This document shows, piece after piece, positions 61,073 through 64,000 of a stretch of 64,000 bases of DNA. A model generated the notes under the pieces. It ran no database searches, was not told the DNA's origin, and saw nothing but the letters and a program-made list of their open reading frames with translations. The DNA lies in the NCBI GenBank assembly GCA_963755825.1, contig CAVWLA010000003.1:1313261-1377260 (forward strand), given 5' to 3'. Numbering within the stretch: position 1 is the stretch's first letter; every line of letters starts with the position of its first letter. This stretch comes from an uncultured Acidobacteriota bacterium. Lineage in GTDB: Bacteria; Acidobacteriota; Thermoanaerobaculia; Multivoradales; UBA5704. The translations under genes and the position numbers were made by a program.

Positions 61073-61102
61073 TTGCGAAATCGCCTAGCGGATGGCTAGA
61101 AT
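61073..61102 (+). promoter_or_regulatory. Putative sigma70 promoter of the yqaJ-recT pair
   Basis: TTGCGA-N18-TAGAAT. Confidence 0.55.
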
Positions 61103-61172
61103 CGTCGGGTTCGAGGCACGGAACCTACGCCGTCGCCCTGGATGCCGCCCCACCTCCCGAGGAACGACCCGG

Positions 61173-62165
61173 ATGCACCGCAGCACCGCAGCGCAGACGC
61201 CGGCCAGCCGGCCGCCGGACCTGTCTCTGCCGCCCGAGCGGCAGCAGGTTCGCGGCCAGCACGTCGGCAGCAGCGAGGCCGCGGCGCTGTTCAATCTGAG
61301 CCCCTTCGTCACCCGCCTCGAGCTCTACCTGCGCAAGCGCGGCGAGCTCCCCGAGCCCGACCTCTCCGCCAACGAGGCGGTGCGCTGGGGGATCTACCTC
61401 GAGCCGGCCGTCGGCCAGGGAGTGGCCGAGCGCATGGGGTGGAGCGTGCGCAAGGTGCACCGCTACCTGACGCACCCGCGGGTGGCCGGGATGGGATGCT
61501 CGCTCGATTTCGAGGTGGTGTCCCACGAGCGCGGCACCGGCGTGCTGGAGGTGAAGACGGTCGACAAGCTCGCCTTCCGTTCCTGGGAGGGCGGCCGGCC
61601 GCCCATCCACTACGAGCTGCAGCTGCAGCACCAGCTCGCCTGCAGCGGGCGGCTGTGGGGAGCGATCGGCGTGCTGATCGGCGGCAACGACCTGCGCGTC
61701 TTCCCCTACGAGCGCCACGCCGGCGCCATCGAGCGCATCGAGCGCGAGGTGCCGGTCTTCTGGCGCGAGGTCGCCCTCGGCCTGCGGCCCAAGGCCAGCT
61801 ACGAGGCGGACCTCGGGACCCTCACCGCCCTCTACCGCCAGGCCGCCCGCGGCAGCTTCCTCGACCTGCGCGGCAACCGGCGGGCTAGCGAGCTCGCCGC
61901 CACCTACGCGGCGGCGAGCGAGGCCGAGCGGCGGGCGCGCTCGCGACGCGACGCCGCGAAGGCCGAGCTGCTCGAGATGATCGGCCGCGCCGAGACGGTG
62001 TGGATCGACGGCTACCGGGTGACCGCCTGCACGGTCGACGGCGGCGCCGTCTCCTACGTCCGCGAACCCTACCGCGCCTTCCGCCTCAGCCGCTTCGGCC
62101 GCGCGCCCCACCGCGCGCACTCCCCCGGCCGCGACAGGAGCCCCGAGCATGCGCCGCCCAACTGA
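61173..62165 (+). CDS. YqaJ-like (lambda exonuclease-type) viral recombinase nuclease
   Basis: VGSSEAAAL, WGIYLEP, SLD, LEVKT, YELQLQHQL. Confidence 0.92.
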   Translation: MHRSTAAQTPASRPPDLSLPPERQQVRGQHVGSSEAAALFNLSPFVTRLELYLRKRGELPEPDLSANEAVRWGIYLEPAVGQGVAERMGWSVRKVHRYLTHPRVAGMGCSLDFEVVSHERGTGVLEVKTVDKLAFRSWEGGRPPIHYELQLQHQLACSGRLWGAIGVLIGGNDLRVFPYERHAGAIERIEREVPVFWREVALGLRPKASYEADLGTLTALYRQAARGSFLDLRGNRRASELAATYAAASEAERRARSRRDAAKAELLEMIGRAETVWIDGYRVTACTVDGGAVSYVREPYRAFRLSRFGRAPHRAHSPGRDRSPEHAPPN

Positions 62166-62991
62166 CCGGCCGCCAGCCGATCCTCCGCGCGCCGAGAACC
62201 CAGCGGCGATAGACGCGGACGCCGCGCCGTCCGGCCGCCGGCGCGCGGTGGCGCCGCGCCTGCCGGCCGAGCGCCACCGCCTCGACGCCCAGCGCGAGAT
62301 GCTCGCCCTGATCGAGACCACCGGCGAGCTCACCAGCAGCCGCTACGAGCCGCGCGACCTGCCGAGCGCCATCACCCTCGCCCGCCTGATCGCCTCCTCC
62401 CCGCTCTGCCCGCCGCCGCTGCGCGGGCGCGAGGCGGACGTGCTGCTGGTGATGATGACGGGCGCCGAGATGGGCCTGACCACGATGCAGGCGCTGCGCA
62501 ATCTCCACGTCATCAACGGCCGCATCGGCATGAGCGCGGCGATGATCCGCAGCCGCTGCCAGGGCCACCCCGACTGCGAGCTCTTCGAGGTCGCCGAGGC
62601 CGACGCCACGCACGCCGCGATCGAGGTCAAGAAGCGCGGCTGGAGCGAGCGCCGCCTGGTCCCCTGGACCATCGCCGAAGCGGAGCGCGCCGAGCTCGTG
62701 CAGCCCGATTCGCTGTGGAAGCGCTGGCCACAGGAGATGTGCGTCGCCCGCGCCACGACGCGGGCGGCGACGATGTACTTCCCCGAAGTGACCAGCGGCA
62801 TCTTCGCGGAAGAGGATCTGAAGGCGATGCCGCCGGCGGAGCCGGGGGCGCCCGAGACGGCGGCGCCCGAGGCGCTCCGCGCCGCCGAGCCGCCGGCGCT
62901 CACGGCGCTCGATGCCTTCGCCGCCGCCGGCGAAGGCGAGCCGGCGGCGGGTGACGACGTGGCGCCCGACGACGTCCGCCCGCCTTTGTGA
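62149..62991 (+). CDS. RecT-like single-strand annealing protein
   Basis: GAEMGLTTMQALRNLHVINGR, WTIAEAERAEL, WKRWPQEM..AR, FPEVTSGI; follows and overlaps the YqaJ gene. Confidence 0.82.
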   Translation: MRRPTDRPPADPPRAENPAAIDADAAPSGRRRAVAPRLPAERHRLDAQREMLALIETTGELTSSRYEPRDLPSAITLARLIASSPLCPPPLRGREADVLLVMMTGAEMGLTTMQALRNLHVINGRIGMSAAMIRSRCQGHPDCELFEVAEADATHAAIEVKKRGWSERRLVPWTIAEAERAELVQPDSLWKRWPQEMCVARATTRAATMYFPEVTSGIFAEEDLKAMPPAEPGAPETAAPEALRAAEPPALTALDAFAAAGEGEPAAGDDVAPDDVRPPL

Positions 62992-63073
62992 TCTCTTAAC
63001 GCCCCACCCCCTCCTTCTTTGTGCGGGCTTCACGCCCGCTCGACTATCTTCCTCCCTGCCGAGGGAGCGGGGC

Positions 63074-64000
63074 ATGCTGAAAAGAGTTTGTGGAACCGCG
63101 CTACTCTCCTTGCTCTTTTCGGGCCCCGTCCTCGGCGCTTTGCAAGCAGAGATCGAAACCGCGCCGGCGGTGACCGAGGTCAATCCTTTGTCTCCCGCCT
63201 TATCGCTGGCCGAGGCCCGCCGGCGCGCCTTGCTCCGCAACTGGGACTTCCTCGCCGCGGCGAGCGACCTCGACCAGGCGACGGCCGAAGAGATCGTCGC
63301 CCGCGAGATCCAGAACCCCAACGCCAGCCTCCTCTCCTCGCGCCTGCCGATCGACGGCTCGACCGCCGCGACGCCGCGCGGCAACACCCTCTTCGAGCGC
63401 AGCTACGACACCGTGCTCGCCGTCAACCAGCTCCTCGAGCTGCACGGCAAGCGCGCGCTCAAGCGCTCGTCGGCGGCGGCGGGCACGGCGGCGGCGCGCG
63501 CCCGCTTCGCCGACGCCCGCCGCGTCCTCGACAACGCGGTGCTCAAGGCCTATGTCGCCGCCGCGCTCGACGAGGAGAACGCGCGGCTCACGGCGCGCAC
63601 CGCGGCGTCGCTCCGCGAGTCGGCGAAGATCGCCGCGCGGCGCCTCGCGGCGGGCGACATCTCGGCCGCCGACGAGGCGGAGATCGAGGTCGCCGCCGAC
63701 CGCTTCGCCCTCGACGCCGAGGCGAGCGCCGCCGCCGCGGCGAGCGCCCGCATCGCGCTCGACGTCCTCCTCGGCGAGCCGTCGCCGCGCGGCGACTGGT
63801 ACGCCGCCGATCACTTGGGCGACCTCGCGGCGCAGGCCGGCGATCTCGACGTCGAGGCCGCGTTGCGCGCCGCGCCGGCGCGGCCCGACCTCGCCGCCGC
63901 CGAGGCCGACCTCTCGCGCGCCGAGCTCGATCTGGCGCTCGAGCGGGCGCGGCGGCTGCCCGATCCCACGCTCACCCTGCAGTACGAGCACCAGCCGCCC
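63074..64000 (+). CDS. TolC/CzcC-family outer-membrane efflux protein (partial; runs off the window)
   Basis: Hand translation from ATG at 63074: signal peptide, LSLAEARRRALLRN, NPN, QLLELHGKR, AGDIS, RPDL. Confidence 0.85.
   Translation, partial: MLKRVCGTALLSLLFSGPVLGALQAEIETAPAVTEVNPLSPALSLAEARRRALLRNWDFLAAASDLDQATAEEIVAREIQNPNASLLSSRLPIDGSTAATPRGNTLFERSYDTVLAVNQLLELHGKRALKRSSAAAGTAAARARFADARRVLDNAVLKAYVAAALDEENARLTARTAASLRESAKIAARRLAAGDISAADEAEIEVAADRFALDAEASAAAAASARIALDVLLGEPSPRGDWYAADHLGDLAAQAGDLDVEAALRAAPARPDLAAAEADLSRAELDLALERARRLPDPTLTLQYEHQPP

Noticed and set aside
61027-63073. Prophage around yqaJ-recT
   Set aside because: No integrase, terminase, capsid, repressor or flanking direct repeats are visible.

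Overview
A very GC-rich, gene-dense bacterial chromosomal segment. The GWxTD lipoprotein, the zinc-finger/TPR protein and the carboxypeptidase-regulatory-domain protein suggest Acidobacteriota (Thermoanaerobaculia-like); this is inference only. Most of the window is housekeeping or envelope genes: aroA, lpxH-like, mrp, plsC, mlaEFD, nucleotide-sugar genes, fabH, folE, nth, kynB, selB, smpB, an NtrY-like kinase, fadL plus an SGNH lipase, KdpDE-like genes and tolC. I saw no rRNA, tRNA, CRISPR array, integrase or transposase. The most interesting features are small accessory cassettes: (1) a 65-aa signal-peptide protein ending in GTFDPNG directly upstream of a zinc-finger/TPR protein, a candidate peptide-receptor signalling pair; (2) a secreted precursor with a 6-Cys C-terminal core next to a large exported beta-sandwich protein; (3) a 91-aa protein coupled to a GT4 glycosyltransferase, with a ~150-nt rod-like hairpin upstream; (4) a stand-alone YqaJ exonuclease plus RecT-like annealase with no prophage around it; (5) an MbtH/thioesterase/PPTase trio with no NRPS in the window. 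I also found a gene missing from the ORF track (1-2492, minus), two single-base frameshifts that both fall at CCCGGG, and a 26-codon SDR gene remnant. Start codons were refined by eye, and all product calls come from motif recognition rather than database searches.
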